A DNA stretch of 63,637 bases, the filler included, from Octopus bimaculoides (lineage: Eukaryota): assembly GCF_001194135.2 (NCBI RefSeq). It is 6 parts of 6 records of this genome, joined end to end, with 100 filler letters (N's around TTAATTAATTAA, not from the genome) between each part and the next. Parts side by side here need not be neighbours in the genome. Positions count along the whole stretch, not along the records: positions 37,215 to 55,461 come from NC_068989.1; 5 more parts are not named here. One strand, 5' to 3'. The position numbers and the translations under genes were made by a program. The notes beneath the pieces are model-generated. The model searched no databases, had not been told where the DNA came from, and saw only the letters and a program-made list of their open reading frames with translations. Below are positions 37,309 to 52,289 of the stretch, piece by piece (the stretch's first letter is position 1; every line of letters starts with the position of its first letter).

Positions 37309-38820
37309 TATACAATCAGACGTTGCGTGTGATTGTATCTCTACGTTACAGCATGACAATTGTTGCATACACAACTATGGAAGTTAGTAAATTTAATGAA
37401 TTTAATAAATATGCCTGCATATCAGACGATAAATGTTTTCCTAGCAGCCGATATGATTGTTGCATAAACGAACGTTTTTCTACCGTAGTAAAGCATTGAA
37501 ACGTGATATCTAATGGATAAGTGAGAAAAGAGATTGCATAATATTCTTGCATTCATAAATGAAAATAGAATATGTAATGTTTCTCAGTGGGAAGTTGTAT
37601 TCTGCATTGACGCTACAATGGTAAGTTCTCAGTTCATCTGTAATGTTCAACGCATGAGAAGTATAGATGCGAGGAAGAACAATACACTATAGTCATGTAC
37701 ATGACTTTCTCAGGTATGATATTGATGTGAGAGGAGAATATGTCTTCCATATAGAAATACAAATAGGTAGAGATCCTTGTTTCTTGGTTGTCTTCTGCGC
37801 ACTTTATTTGAATTTATATTTCATAAAATCAATCTTACATACCCTCCTTCCAACCTGCTGATATCAACATGTTCAGTGATACTAGTACAGCAAAAACAAG
37901 AGCAAGATCCTAATTTTATTGAGAAGTTTCTTTTCTCTCCTTTAACCGACTCAATAAACGAGAATGCATTCTGGGACAAATATTATGGGTGGAAAATAAC
38001 TTATTTATATGAGCAATCTCAAGTTATGCATTGAAGCATACAACTAAGAACAAGTGCTTGGCTCGCTGCTATAGATAATACATGGCTTTGTAACAGGAGG
38101 TGATAAGAGACATGGATTAGAAAACATGCACTACGACAAATTCTATCGAGGAAAAGTTTATTAAGAACACTAATATCTGCCACATAAAAAAGAGATAAGG
38201 CAATTGCGCTAAACGTTAACTGAACAAGTTCATAGAAATCGATAAACTACAAAGATCACCAGATACACAATATAAGAACAGTTTGTAAGAAATATTAGAA
38301 GTGGTTTAGATTAGCACTTAAAAACACCCTAAATGCAGAAAAATACGACCTTGGCTTAAGTCATTAACACATCAGCTGAGCTTGTGTGATTAATCGTAAT
38401 GTTTGCATCTGACTTCTTAATGAATTATCAAAACTTGATAAAAAAAAAAAAATGAAAAAGAATGGACGCCTTTAGAAAATACAACCGAAAGTCTGATATA
38501 AAAAGATTATGTTTTCCACGAAAACAAATTACAAGTATGCCTAGAAAAATATCTTGGAAAGATTAATGGAAAAATAAAACTGATAGATGTAAAAGACATT
38601 ATTAAAAGAGGCTGAAATGGGAGACAGCTGCGAAGAGAAAAGAGAAAAATCAAAAACTGTACTGATACTACATTTGCAATCACGTTTATTGCAGGATGAG
38701 AGAGTGTGGGTGTCATGAAAAGAGGCATCTTTTGTTATGGTCTAAATGGGTATAGATGACTTCAACAACAACAACAACGACAACGACGACGTCAAACCAA
38801 CAGCAACAAAACAACCACCA

Positions 38821-38887
<67 letters not shown>

Positions 38888-41292
38888 GCTGGTGCTACTA
38901 CTACTACTACTACTACTACTACCACTACTACTACTACTACAGTTATTTTATTCGTTAATCTTCCTTGTAGATTCATTTTTCTTTACAAATTTAAATTATA
39001 GTCACAAGTGACTATATGAGAACAAATGAAAGCAGCATCTAACAACCTAAGAACGTATTGCCCGCGGTGTGTTAACTTCGACATTTCTTCACTTTTCCGA
39101 ATGTAAAGCGCACGCCATACAAAATGTTACATTTCACTCTAGTCTCTATTTGCTGTGGGCTAAATGCTTAATTTAGTTATATTTAGAATATTGCTGAAAA
39201 AAAAAATGAAAATGATAAACACACACTCAGAATACAGATTGCAAAAGCATCAATGGATTGAAGTACACGGTTTATATAAAAATTAGGCATTTCTGGACTT
39301 CCTCTATCGAGGAATTATCTCGGTAACTCCCCTCAATTCCATTTCGTCAGTTTGTGAACTTCGCCGGTATATTTTAGAGAGTGAAATCGCCTCCAATATG
39401 ATTTATTCCATCTTAAGTTAATGCTGCTGCATGTCGTGGATTACTATACTTAATCTGTTAATACTGACAAACTTAGCACTTAGTAGTTCTTGTGATTATT
39501 GTTCTTATTTTTGTCGTTTCTGAAGTAGTCGTTGGTCATATTTGGAATAGTTAATGTGATTTTTATGTTCTTTCCACTTGTTTTTCAAACTACTTGTAGG
39601 AACACTTTAAATGCTCATTTACTTCAGAAGGTCAAATACTAGTTTGTTCCTATTCACATATAACGATAGGGTGTATCCCCCTAAGCCATGAACACTAATG
39701 ATAATGCTATTACCCCAACAATCATGTTCAGCTTAAACAAGTCTTCCGTTTTTTTTTCTTTTGTTGGTGCAGTTAAGTGTCTCCACGAAAAGGATAGTAA
39801 ATATGTTGCTTTAGATTGTTAACGCAGAAGTTATTGTAATTACAGAAATACTTATATGTAATTTTCGGGCAAGCACACATCTGCTTTACCAGGTGATAAA
39901 TACTGTTTTGTAACAAATATAGTCTTGCTGTCACACCATTCATATTTTAACTGATTTCTTAAATTACTTATATTCTACACATAAACATGGTGTGTTTTTG
40001 ACATCTTGTGTGAGATGTAACATAACATTATTTAGTTCTGCTTATGTTAGCGTTGAATAATTTTTATTGCTTTCGTTATTTCAATTGTTCTATTGACAGT
40101 ATTACTACTGTATCATGGTCATTTTCCATTGTGGTGATTATTACATGAGTCAACATTAACATTATAACTTTCAGTTTTAGGTGTTTCTTGTTCGTGTTCG
40201 TATTATTGAAAGTATTGTTTCTAATATTAGTGTTGCTGAAAGTGTTGTTGCAGGTATTTTTGACGATGTTACCAATGCACATGAGAAATGTATCTTCACA
40301 CCGCGCCTCCGAAAGAATAAATTGGTTACATCTATTATTGTTAAACGGTCTTCACCATTATTTCTAACGTCGTTTTGCTGAAGTATTGTTGTGGTCTTGA
40401 AGGTAGAAATAAGTAATATATAAAACGTTTTAAATTGGTCGATGTTTAAGAAGAGATAGAAACAGAATAACATTATTTTCGTAACATCGTGAATATGTAC
40501 AAGCCTTTCGGTTTGGGATTATACAACCAAAACAAAGTTGGTAGTTGTACGGAGTCTTGAGAGAGGTAGCTAGAACACGTCATACTATTTCTATCAAATT
40601 AGTTTCAAATCAAGCCGAGTTCCATTACTTTGTCTTTAATCTTTTTAATGTGAATAAAAGAAAAGGTTAATTTAAATATGCACATTATCACAGACTTTCT
40701 TAATCAGTCATTCTCTCTATTTCACATACACACACGCACACACACATATAGCTTTCTTCCACAAATGATGGAAAACACAGCACTTCAATAAACAACTCAA
40801 TGCTTTAAAATCTCTGTCGCATTGAATGTGTAACATATATTATTTCACCCAATATTCCTGCTATACAGATTTTGTCTTGTATTTTGTTGTCGTTGTGATA
40901 CTAATAGTTCTTTATCGAATTATATTTAAAATCGAATTTGTAGTTTTAAAATAATGTTCTGTGATCTCTGCCTGTACTATGTAATCTTGACATGAATTAT
41001 AGTAACATAATATATTTTGCAGGTCTACGTTTGCAGCGTTAGTGGACCACATAAATGATAATTGCCCACTGTATCTTAACTTACAAATCATGATATGCAA
41101 TACTAAAATCTCAGGTAGATTCATTAAGTATTCGTTGATAAATTTTATATGTCGCTTATAATTTCAAAGAGGTCTAAATCAAATTGTAGATATTTAAATG
41201 CATATCGTGATGCATCGCTTTATAAAATTTGACTTCACAAGCTTGCACTACGTTGGTGGTAATACATCTTTTACATATATAATCCGAGAATA

Positions 41293-41327
<35 letters not shown>

Positions 41328-41717
41328 GAGAGGAAGAGAGGGAGGGAGAGAGGGGAAGATATTTTTCGTTGTGCGTGTTGGATATTATATTGTGTTTAAT
41401 GTGTGACAATCTAGAATCTAAGATAGCCATATGGATAAATATTTCATCGACTTGTACTGACGAAGGTGTATGGACAGTGTATCAGCATAACAATTTAGTG
41501 TTATACATGTATTTATCTTTATAAGGATACGTATGTTGGTATATGAGTACATGTGTGTATAAACGCATAATATTCACATGAGAATTTATGCTTGCATATA
41601 TACATACATAAACACATATATTTGTGCGAGTGCCTATGTATCAAAACTTACCTCTTAATATATCTAAAGGCACACACACATACACGCATTTGCATATATA
41701 NNNNNNNNNNNNNNNNN

Positions 41718-41798
<81 letters not shown>

Positions 41799-42146
41799 TT
41801 TATCTTTTATAATTTCAGTTCTTTCAGTCATTAGATGGATAACGAGATAAGGTTTGGTACATACACACTCGTACAAATATATACGTGTATGTATGGATAA
41901 ATGCAAGCATAAATGCTCATGCAAATATTATGCGTTTATGCACACATGGAATCATTTGATTGTGGACATGCTGAGGCACTGCCTTGAATATTTTTCCCAA
42001 CCTAATCAAGCCCAGTCCTTTTCTTTCAATTAGACCGCTAGGTTACGGGGATGTAAACAAAAAACTGATTGTTGTTCTGAAGTTATGATAGGGAACACGC
42101 TCAAACATAAAAATACACACATAAAAAAATCCATACAATATACACG

Positions 42147-43249
42147 CAGACGTGCAGGAAGTAAATAGACACATTTTGTTTTCAAAATCTTTTATTTAAT
42201 ACGCAAAGTGAACAATTGAAGTGTAGTCGATAGGTAGGACTACATACTTGACAATTTCCTTTGCAGTTTTTAATTCAGAAACTCTTTACAGCATTAGAAT
42301 GATGAGCTTTGTGATTGTCTCTTGTGGAATTTCTGCCCACTTTTCACGTAACAATCGAAACAATTCAACTTTAGATTTAAGGTTTTTGTCGAGTTTTTGT
42401 ATAGCTCTATCTAGTATGCTCCAAAGATTTTCAATTGAGTTCATGCCAGGAGATTGGCTCGGCCAAGGACGCTTATTGGTCCCATTTTCAGTCAGCCGTT
42501 GTTGATTCCTTTTCCATGAATAAATCTCATTTTTCGTTGTTATCGTGTGAATATATCGGGAGTAGTCCTTGCTCAAGTATGTCGATGTATTTTTCAGAGT
42601 TTATGGTTCCAACACATTCTATCAGCTCAGAACGACCATTGCTGGTGACAGCTCCACATACCATTACAGAGATACTGGCATGTTTCACAATTGGTTAGAA
42701 TCGTTTCAAATTAAATTCTTGATTGGGAAACCTCCAGACCCAAACACGTCCACTGTCTGAAAATAATGCAAATCTGGATTCATCTGAGAAAATCAGTCTA
42801 TCCCAAATTGAACTGGATTTGTCGAACGTCTCCTTAGTCCATTTCTTTCTTTTCATGCTTTTAATTGGTTGAAGGAGAGGTTTTCTTCTAGCTGCTCGTC
42901 TATAATACCCAAGCTTATGCAGACATGCTCGACTAATGGCGGTGCTCCAGCATGGCCGCAGTCAAATGAATGAAACAAGTAAAAGAGAAGCAAGAGGAAT
43001 TTGAAGATTTTCGGCTATTTTTCATTGTCTAAGACCAGCCTCAGATTGCCCAACAATACAACCTCTTTGAAAATCTGATAGTTCCGCTGAATTTTTTGTG
43101 CGCGGCATGGTTACTCTTCGCAGATGTTAAAAATAATGGCATCTAGAATGAAAAAGAATAATTACATTGTAAATTCTACACCGCTGAAACATATTAAGAC
43201 GCTTAGATCAGAAATTTTGAAAAGTAAAGGTGTCTATTTACTTCCTGCA

Positions 43250-43255
<6 letters not shown>
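42147..43255 (-). mobile_element. Decayed Tc1-like DNA transposon (DD34E-type transposase pseudogene) with a nested SINE tail at ~42925-42990
   Basis: 26-bp TIRs CAGACGTGCAGGAAGTAAATAGACAC (42147-42172) and its near-complement (43230-43255). Minus-strand peptides RAARRKPLL, WDRLIFSDESRFALFSDSGRVWVWR, VKHASISVMVCGAVTSNG...INSEKYIDILEQGLLP and WPSQSPGMNSIENLWSIL, with stops and frameshifts. Confidence 0.9.
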
Positions 43256-43295
<40 letters not shown>

Positions 43296-43559
43296 TTAAT
43301 ATAAACAGCTAGGTGAAATATGATAACATAAAGGACAATTTTAAACCTCGCTAATTGTGGCTGATGCTACCGAAGCACTTATATTGCAACAATAATTAAA
43401 TCTCAATAATGTAAGAAGCGGGCAATTTAATCACACTAATAGGAGAAATAACCGCCCGGAGGGCAACTCTAGGATCACTAGACTAGACTAGTTTAGCTTA
43501 CCAGTCGTAACTTCCTCAGTAGTGAGTACTCAAACGTTCCATGGTTTGGCTAAATATAT

Positions 43560-43872
43560 ATGTAGAGGGTGAGTAAGGTATTTGGGTCATTGCTATATAA
43601 TTTTTGTTTGAGAAAATAATAATGGCAGACCCTAAGCTTACTCAAGAAATGAAGAGACATTGTTATTGTGGCTATAAAAGCTGAGCATAGCGATTTAGAA
43701 ACCGGGACCATGAGCCTGGCTAGGCTTTAAAAGGGCGAAAAGAGAAAGAGATGTATATATATATATAATATGTATATATATATACATATATATATCTATA
43801 CATATATAGATATGTATATATATATATGTGTGTATATGTACATATATGTATATATACGTATATATATATATA

Positions 43873-43909
<37 letters not shown>

Positions 43910-44360
43910 CATACATACATACAAAGTGATAATATTGAGAGAGAGATTAAAATAGATAAAACATTATAGTTGCAAAAAAGGGTTTATAATAAAAAAAAAG
44001 GTGTCATAATGAAAGAATTCCTTCATTATGACCTCCTATATGACCTCTTTCTGAATTATGGAGAGAAGATGTTTTGCTGTCCATTTTCCCTCCCCTCTAC
44101 CATGCCGAATTATCTCTCCCCTCAAGACTATAAATCTTAAACATTTTCTTCTCATAAATGCCTACGAAACCACTTGAATTTCTTTTATTTTGATTCAGTA
44201 AGTTCATTTTGCGGCAAGCGTCGATCATGGAATTACTAAATGTGCACATGCCAAGGATTAATTTTTTTGTTACATGTCCTTAGTTGTAGACTTCGTGTAT
44301 TCATCTAAAGAAAACAGTTTTTATAATGATATAATGCATTCAACGATCAATTGAAAAAAA
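43560..44360 (+). mobile_element. Probable Tc1/mariner-like non-autonomous remnant interrupted by (TA)n
   Basis: 5' segment encodes MADPKLTQEMKRH/(fs)[13 protein letters not shown], resembling Tc1-type N-termini; ends not defined. Confidence 0.4.
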
Positions 44361-44398
44361 TCGTTACAAACAGCTTCAATAAATTGGTACTTACCGTT

Positions 44399-44448
<50 letters not shown>

Positions 44449-44485
44449 GTCTGTTTGTCTGTTTATATGTCTGTCTGTGTGCCTG

Positions 44486-44551
<66 letters not shown>

Positions 44552-46220
44552 CATATTAAAACATAGGGTAAAAATCAGATATTAATTAATACCGATTTAT
44601 TACCAGGAAGCTAGCACATCGAAACAATCAGAGAGATTCAGAAAACATATCTGAGATCTTAGGGGATTAAAGTATATGTTTATATATAACGATGACCACT
44701 ATATATACATATATATGTATGTATGTACATATATATATGTATTTATATATATACATAGAGAGAAAGAGAGAGAGCAGAATTAGAGTTAGAGAGGGGGAGA
44801 GAAAGAAGAGAGGAGTAAAGAGGGATTGAGAGTGAGGGATTTGTTGAGAAATCGAAAAAGTGTGTAGAGGAGAGTGAGCTACTGATGTAAGTGTATGTCT
44901 GATATTGAAATTTCTCTCTTATACAATATATAATCTATCAGTCCTCACATCGTGGTACGACCTACCATTCCTTCATTACAGAAACTCTAACATATAATAA
45001 CAAATGAAAAACATCGGTAATATAAATTATTTCTAACTCTCACAAAATCTTACGAGTTCCCCTTTATCGGTTCACCGTTTCGTGGGTTATTCAAATCATC
45101 TAACCTTGATTTTCATGGACGTCAACAAGGTTGACTTGATGCACCATCAGTTTTTCCCTCAGCTTTTTTCTTTGGGCACCAATTAAATGAAATACAAATT
45201 TCTCCCACCTCATTCCTATTTACATTTCATTCCACGTTCATATTTTTGCATTCAAATTAGTGCTGCACCTACCGTTCGACCGTACTGAAAGTCACTCATT
45301 TGAAAAGATTAAATTCTTTTACAATGTGTCTTGGATGATTTTCCATTACCACTACAATAGAATTTAACTACCAACTTCGTGTGGTACAAGAGACTACATT
45401 TACATCAAGGTGACTAGAAAGACATTATGAAGTTGAAATAAATTCATAAGTGAAAAAGATTTGTAAATGGATTTCACTGTATGTAAACTTCGTATTTTAC
45501 AATGGTGTGATGCGGAAGTATAAAACTCGGCAATATTGCTGGAGTTTTATTGCTTCCAGCATCTACGATGGGAAACAAGCGGTACAGTAAAGATAAATAC
45601 GGATACCTTCCCAAGGAGCTACTCTAATAAATACTCGTTCCCATAGAGCTAATATGGGGCCTAAAATGGAACGAAGCTTGATTATTTGGAACGACAAAAT
45701 GATTGGGCGTATTTTGCTAATTATCTTTGAAGAAAATATTAGTAATTTAATGATTCTCAAAAGTGTATGCAAAATCTTCTTTACAATAATGGTTGACTTG
45801 AAAGATGAATGAGGACCTTCAACATGCACATTATTAAACGATCGATGAAGATGCTAGTGCTAGTAAACGGGTTGCTACTGATTACTTCGGAGCAGAAAGA
45901 AAGTAATTGCTGAAGCATGTAGAAAAATGGTACAATGTTGATGTAGTTGTAATTTTGTCGAAGCTCACACCAGTTAGGAATTGCATATCTAATGATAAAA
46001 AATCGAAATCCGGCTACTTATTTGCTAGAAAACGCCTGATGCTTTTCTGGAAAGAAATGGACGTGGTAATATATAGAATTAAACCCTCTGTTTGTGCATC
46101 TCTATCCAAATTCAAATATTTCAAATGGTTAGATTAAACCATGCGTTATTTAGCATCCGAATAAAAATATATGGATGTCTACGAGAATTCTTCAGGAATT
46201 CTTCACATACGCACATACAA

Positions 46221-46251
<31 letters not shown>

Positions 46252-47681
46252 CNNNNNNNNNNNNNNNNNNNNNNNNNNNNNNNNNNNNNNNNNNNNNNNN
46301 NNNNNNNNNNNNNNNNNNNNNNNNNNNNNNNNNNNNNNNNNNNNNNNNNNNNNNNNNNNNNNNNNNNNNNNNNNNNNNNNNNNNNNNNNNNNNNNNNNNN
46401 NNNNNNNNNNNNNNNNNNNNNNNNNNNNNNNNNNNNNNNNNNNNNNNNNNNNNNNNNNNNNNNNNNNNNNNNNNNNNNNNNNNNNNNNNNNNNNNNNNNN
46501 NNNNNNNNNNNNNNNNNNNNNNNNNNNNNNNNNNNNNNNNNNNNNNNNNNNNNNNNNNNNNNNNNNNNNNNNNNNNNNNNNNNNNNNNNNNNNNNNNNNN
46601 NNNNNNNNNNNNNNNNNNNNNNNNNNNNNNNNNNNNNNNNNNNNNNNNNNNNNNNNNNNNNNNNNNNNNNNNNNNNNNNNNNNNNNNNNNNNNNNNNNNN
46701 NNNNNNNNNNNNNNNNNNNNNNNNNNNNNNNNNNNNNNNNNNNNNNNNNNNNNNNNNNNNNNNNNNNNNNNNNNNNNNNNNNNNNNNNNNNNNNNNNNNN
46801 NNNNNNNNNNNNNNNNNNNNNNNNNNNNNNNNNNNNNNNNNNNNNNNTATATATATTTATATATATATATATATATATATATACGTACATATACACATAC
46901 ACCTCTCCTCTTTTCCATTACAATAGATTGTATTTTCCTTAATAGCTTCTCAATACCACACCAGCTCTTGTGTTCTTGATATTCAAGATTATCGCGTATA
47001 TTTATGCGATGTGGTTGACAATTGCCATAGGCGTATGTCTATATTTCCTGAAGCTTAGATAATTTGAATAATCACAGTTTTATTTTGTCTGTGCACCTAT
47101 ACTCATTTTCGTTGGATCTTGTCTAAAATCAAACGACCGGACACTCCTATTTATATTGCTTGGAATATATTTAAATTGTGCATTCATACTTCCAAGCATA
47201 CACTACATACACACACACACACATACACACACACACACACAAACACACACACACTCACACACACATACACACACACACACACACTCGAACATACACGCAT
47301 ATATTTACATATATATTCGTACTTCTAGCATGAGGCGATATCCTTACACTACGGGAGTTACATAACTGTCTACCTTGAGAGTTTGACAAACATGGATTGA
47401 ATGAAGTTGCTTACAATTTACACTTGCCGGACTTTACGCCAATAGATATTTTATGGTAAAAAACCGTCAACACACCGCACAAATAATTGAAATATTTTCT
47501 TCAGTTAGCAAATATATTTCTTCGCTTTATCAGCAGTACCTCGATGCGTCATCAGTTTCAAATCGGAGGATCAGAAAAAACAAACAAATTCAATAAAAAT
47601 TATGTCTGTGGGTTTCCGATGTTTGTTGCACCCTGTGTGTGTGTGTGTGTGTGTGTATGTGCCTATTTATCTATATATATG

Positions 47682-47713
<32 letters not shown>

Positions 47714-49241
47714 CACACATACGCGCGCGCACACACAGTATGCGCGCCTTTATAAAGGTTAATTGCATGCACAAAAAATAATTCACATGAATTGATGTAT
47801 TCTATATGTTATCAAAGAATCGCGTGCAACGCATTATTCGATCCTAAGCTTAAAACTTTAGCGTATTAGGTTTAACGACAATAAAATAGTAAGTATTCTC
47901 TTGCTACTATTTTCGTTTTAATATTCATACACCCATACAATAAATACTTAAATGGTATTCGTATACAACATTGTGCTAAATTAGTGATTGTTGAAATATA
48001 TATTTTGGTCGATATTTAAAAATTACTATTATTACTTATTTGCTCATAGTTTTGTTTAATTTTTCCTTTTTACCTTTTAACATTTTATGTTTTTCGGTAT
48101 TTTGAAGTGCATTTCGGAAAATAAATATAGTATTATGAGTTTTTCTATTTAACAACTATGCCTAATACATAATTTAATTGAAAATTTTGTACGCATATCT
48201 CTTGTTTATGCTACCTTCTTAAAAACAATACATTGCTCAGTTTTTGTCTCTGTTGTAATTGGTATAAAATATTTAAATTTGTACAAGTAGGTTCTCAGTA
48301 TTTTTTGATATGCAGTCGAAGATGATTTATTTATACATTTAATTATCCATATTCATCTCCACGTCTTTGGTGCATTCAAACCATAACAGTTTGAGTAAAA
48401 TTTTACACACGTGCACACTCACTAACAACTATACATACGTACTTACAGATATGTAAGTGTATGTGTGTATATATAACCATAAATATACATAGTATGCACT
48501 TAAACAGACACACGCATATATGTATATGTGTATGTGTATGTATGTATGTAACATATCTATTTCATAATCTGCGTTCTTCGGTGTTTTAAATTTGGATTCG
48601 AAACCAATTGTGTGTGAAGTTCGCCGGAATCACACAGATACACAGATACATATATTACATGCATACATTTATATGTACTCACGTTATATTGTAATAATGC
48701 ATCTTTCTGTATATTTAATTATGTGTTTATGCCTTTGTGTTAACTGCATGATTATCTCTATCTATATATGTTCGCTTTTTATTTGTGTCACGTGTGTTTC
48801 TTTTTGCTTTTCTATATTTGCTTATTGGTGCATTGCATCTTAATACTTTATTGGACTGGAAGTTTGTCTTCGCTCTCAGTTTTTTAATCAGAACTGTTAA
48901 AATGCAGTAGCTACCTAGATATATATATATTGTTATAGGTCGAAGTCAAATGGTGAGGAGAAAGGGCGAAGCACTTGTTCAAAAATTCACCTCAAGATGA
49001 GCTATATACACCTGTGATGCAAAACAATTGCTTGTACAGCATCCCACCTATGAGGTACAGGATGAGTCGAAAAAATTGTAGAGTTTCAATGAAAAATCTC
49101 ATTTTCAGTTTCGGACCAATTTAAATAAACTCTATGGATAGTAAGGCGTTCCTCAAGTAAATGCAATGACATGTATGTATGCATGTATGTATGTATGTAT
49201 GTATGTATGTATGTATGTATGTATGTATGTATGTATGTATG

Positions 49242-50835
49242 TCATTGTTAAGCTGTATCTTTAAGATTTCTTGCCAATAGAGAAAGAGCCGGTTCCTAAC
49301 CTAGATCCAAGGCTCCTTCATTGGAAATTCAACAACAACAACAGGGCATTTTTGTATGTATGTATGCATGTATGTATATATGTATGTATGTATACGTGCA
49401 GATTTGTATATTTTGCTTTATGTATGTATTCTCATGCATATAATTGCATATCTAGACATGCTCATATATATTTAAATGATAAACTTCTGGAAAGTTTTAC
49501 AGATTCAAACAGTTCCAGTGATAGATTGGATCTGTAATCTTCTAATTACCGTTCTCCTTTCTGGTTTTGAAAAGCCTAATCTATCAAGATTGGTATTTAG
49601 GCAGTGTGTTATCTATCTCAGGGCCCCAATATTTACAGGTATAAACCTAGACTTATAATGTTGATAGAGTAACTGTAGATTTCTCAATAGTTCAGAGTAG
49701 GCATTCTTTTTTTCACTAATTGTCAACTTTACGTTAACAACCACTGTGCAGCTAATTTCCACACTGTACACAGTTTCTCTTCTCTATCCCAAATCATTAT
49801 ATCAGGTCTGTTTTGCTTACATTTTATTGAGGTTTTCCCTGGGACTCTCCACCAGTACTCCTTTTTATTATGAGTGGCTATGGCTTCTACCATACAGTGA
49901 GTTCTTATTTCTTTATCCTCGGGGTTATCCTTCGACGGATTTCATTATAGAGTGTCCTAGCTACAACATCATGTCTCATCGGTGGATAATACCGTGGTGA
50001 CATTTTAGGACAACTACTTATGATGTGGGTAATATCTTCGGTGTTGACTCCACAATGTCTGTATCGGTTGTCACGTTTTGCTGCTTTTCTCTGCATCTTT
50101 ATCCCTTTTGTGAATCAGGTACTTGGTTGTTATTTCCTGTTCCCGGATTGCAACCGCATACTCATCAGAGTGGGAGATAGTAATCCGGCTATTGGTCCAT
50201 GATAGCCTGCTTTCATGATGGATAATACTATCTATACCTAGTCTCCTGCTGATATAGCCTCATCGTTTCATCTGATGATATGTTGCGGTAGAGTCGTGTG
50301 ACCTCTTTGGGTATGTATTCTAGGTTATCAGACAAAGAATGTTGCTCAAGAAGCTGCCTTCCAAGTCTTATGATGTTATCAGCCACATGTATGCAAACTT
50401 GGTCAAGGTATGGACTTCGAAACTTAAAAGATGTCGCCGAAGAGATATGATACACCATTCAAAGGCATTTTGGATCGATGTTAAGCCTCTGCCGCATTGT
50501 TTTTGTTTTAGGTAGAGGCCGTCTACGTCACTGCTTATGTGAAAATTATGTTTGCTTGTTAGTATTGTTCGGGTTTTCACATCAGTGACTAGGATCCCAA
50601 CAAGCCTCCAACCAGGCAGCCTAAATGTTGGTATGAGTACTGGCACTACAAACACATTGTATGACACTGTTTTATTGAACGCAGAGAGTTCTGAGGCCCA
50701 AGTTATCTTTATTCAGCAGTGATATGCATTAGTGATACGTATATTGTTATAGGTGCCACTGTTAGATATGTTTTCATCCACCTCTAGATACATGTAACAT
50801 TTCTCGTCAGATATAGGGGAGTCAGTATGTACATT
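49242..50835 (-). mobile_element. Second 5'-truncated R4/Dong-like retrotransposon remnant (diverged subfamily)
   Basis: Peptides EKCYMYLEVDENIS, YNVFVVPVLIPTF, CRHCGVNTEDITHIISSCPKMSPRYYPPMRHDVVA-like knuckle and YSELLRNLQLLYQHYKSRFIPVNIGAL...ICKTFQKF; the 3' UTR ends AATGA followed by (CATA)n. Confidence 0.85.
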
Positions 50836-51449
50836 AATATGTATGTACGTACGTAATCATGTGATATCTCGTCATTTGTGTTCATCGGTGTTTTTTTAAT
50901 GTTGCTTGAATTGTGGATTCAAAACCAATTATGTGAAGTACGCAGGAATCAAAGTCAAATCTATTATTTCAGGAATGTCATGAGAAGCTCATATGTTCCG
51001 TGCAAATGATTGCGTTCTTAAACCACACGTTCCCGTCATATCAGCAAATAAATCTGAAAGTATTTTATTGTATCTGAGAGTATTTTAGTGCACTAGCACC
51101 GCCATTTAAAGTAATGCATTGCAAGTGATAGGTGAAATATACACAGGTGTTGTCTCATTTGAAATTTTGGACCACTGAAAAAGTGTTTTCAAAACACTAT
51201 TCAATATATGTGCACTCATCTTAGTATGCAACTCATATTTGTAAACGAATGGCCGTGCTGTCAATGTGCACGTTGGTTCTAGGCGTCGGTGTAGAAACTA
51301 CAGAAGAGCCTATCTCCTGAGATATTTATATCTACTCTGTTCTGATATGTATTGTCTAAATCACCGTCTCTCTCTCTCTCGCTCTCTCTCTCTCGCTCTC
51401 TCTCTCGCTCTCTCTCTCGCTCTCTCTCTCTCTCTCGCTNNNNNNNNNN

Positions 51450-51518
<69 letters not shown>

Positions 51519-52139
51519 ATTGCTAATATATTTTACTCTCAAATAATGCTTATCCTAAGTTTCCTTTTTAAATAAATGAAGTAGAGAGTATGTAAATGAA
51601 CATAAAGCAGACAAAAATAAAGAAATATATAAACTCATACTAGCACCACCACAACCACCACCAGTACCAACCAACAGCACCAACACCAACGTCACTATTA
51701 ACAACAACACACCAATAAGAACAAAGCAAGCAGAACATTACAAAATAAACTATCTTTTCAAAAAATATATATCTGTATTAGACTGGAGAATTGATTAAAA
51801 TCATACTAGACAATTTCGATGTTTCACGGGAATTTATAATAAGGTTATGTTTATTTATGTTGTTTGCTTCCATTTACTAAGTTTGTATTCCCTAAGAAAA
51901 GATGGGAAGACTGTAGTAAGAGACAGTGCATGTGTGTGTGTGGGGAGGGGGATAGAAAATATGAAATAGAGAGTGGGGGGAGATATAAAGAGAAATATAA
52001 GAAAAATAATGCAAAACAAGAGTAAAGTGCCAGACTTCAAGGATGAGGATATAGTATAGTGCTAAACTATTGAAGGAACACTTTCAACAGGTAAGACCGT
52101 GAAGTGGGCATCATGAACATCAGTGTGAGAAGGAGAGGG

Positions 52140-52184
<45 letters not shown>

Positions 52185-52289
52185 GGGGGGGAGATATGAT
52201 TACACTTAAGGCGAACGAAGGAAGCCTTACTTAAATGTATATGTAAATACACAAAACCACACAGCAAGAAACACAAGTTCTACTAACAC

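Noticed and set aside
40076-40473. Overlapping ORFs on both strands in non-repeat DNA
   Set aside because: Asn/Thr/Leu-biased low complexity, no recognisable domain and no consistent splice pair.
45563-45829. 88-aa hydrophobic minus-strand ORF
   Set aside because: No motif recognised; the antisense frame is similarly open; insufficient evidence for coding.
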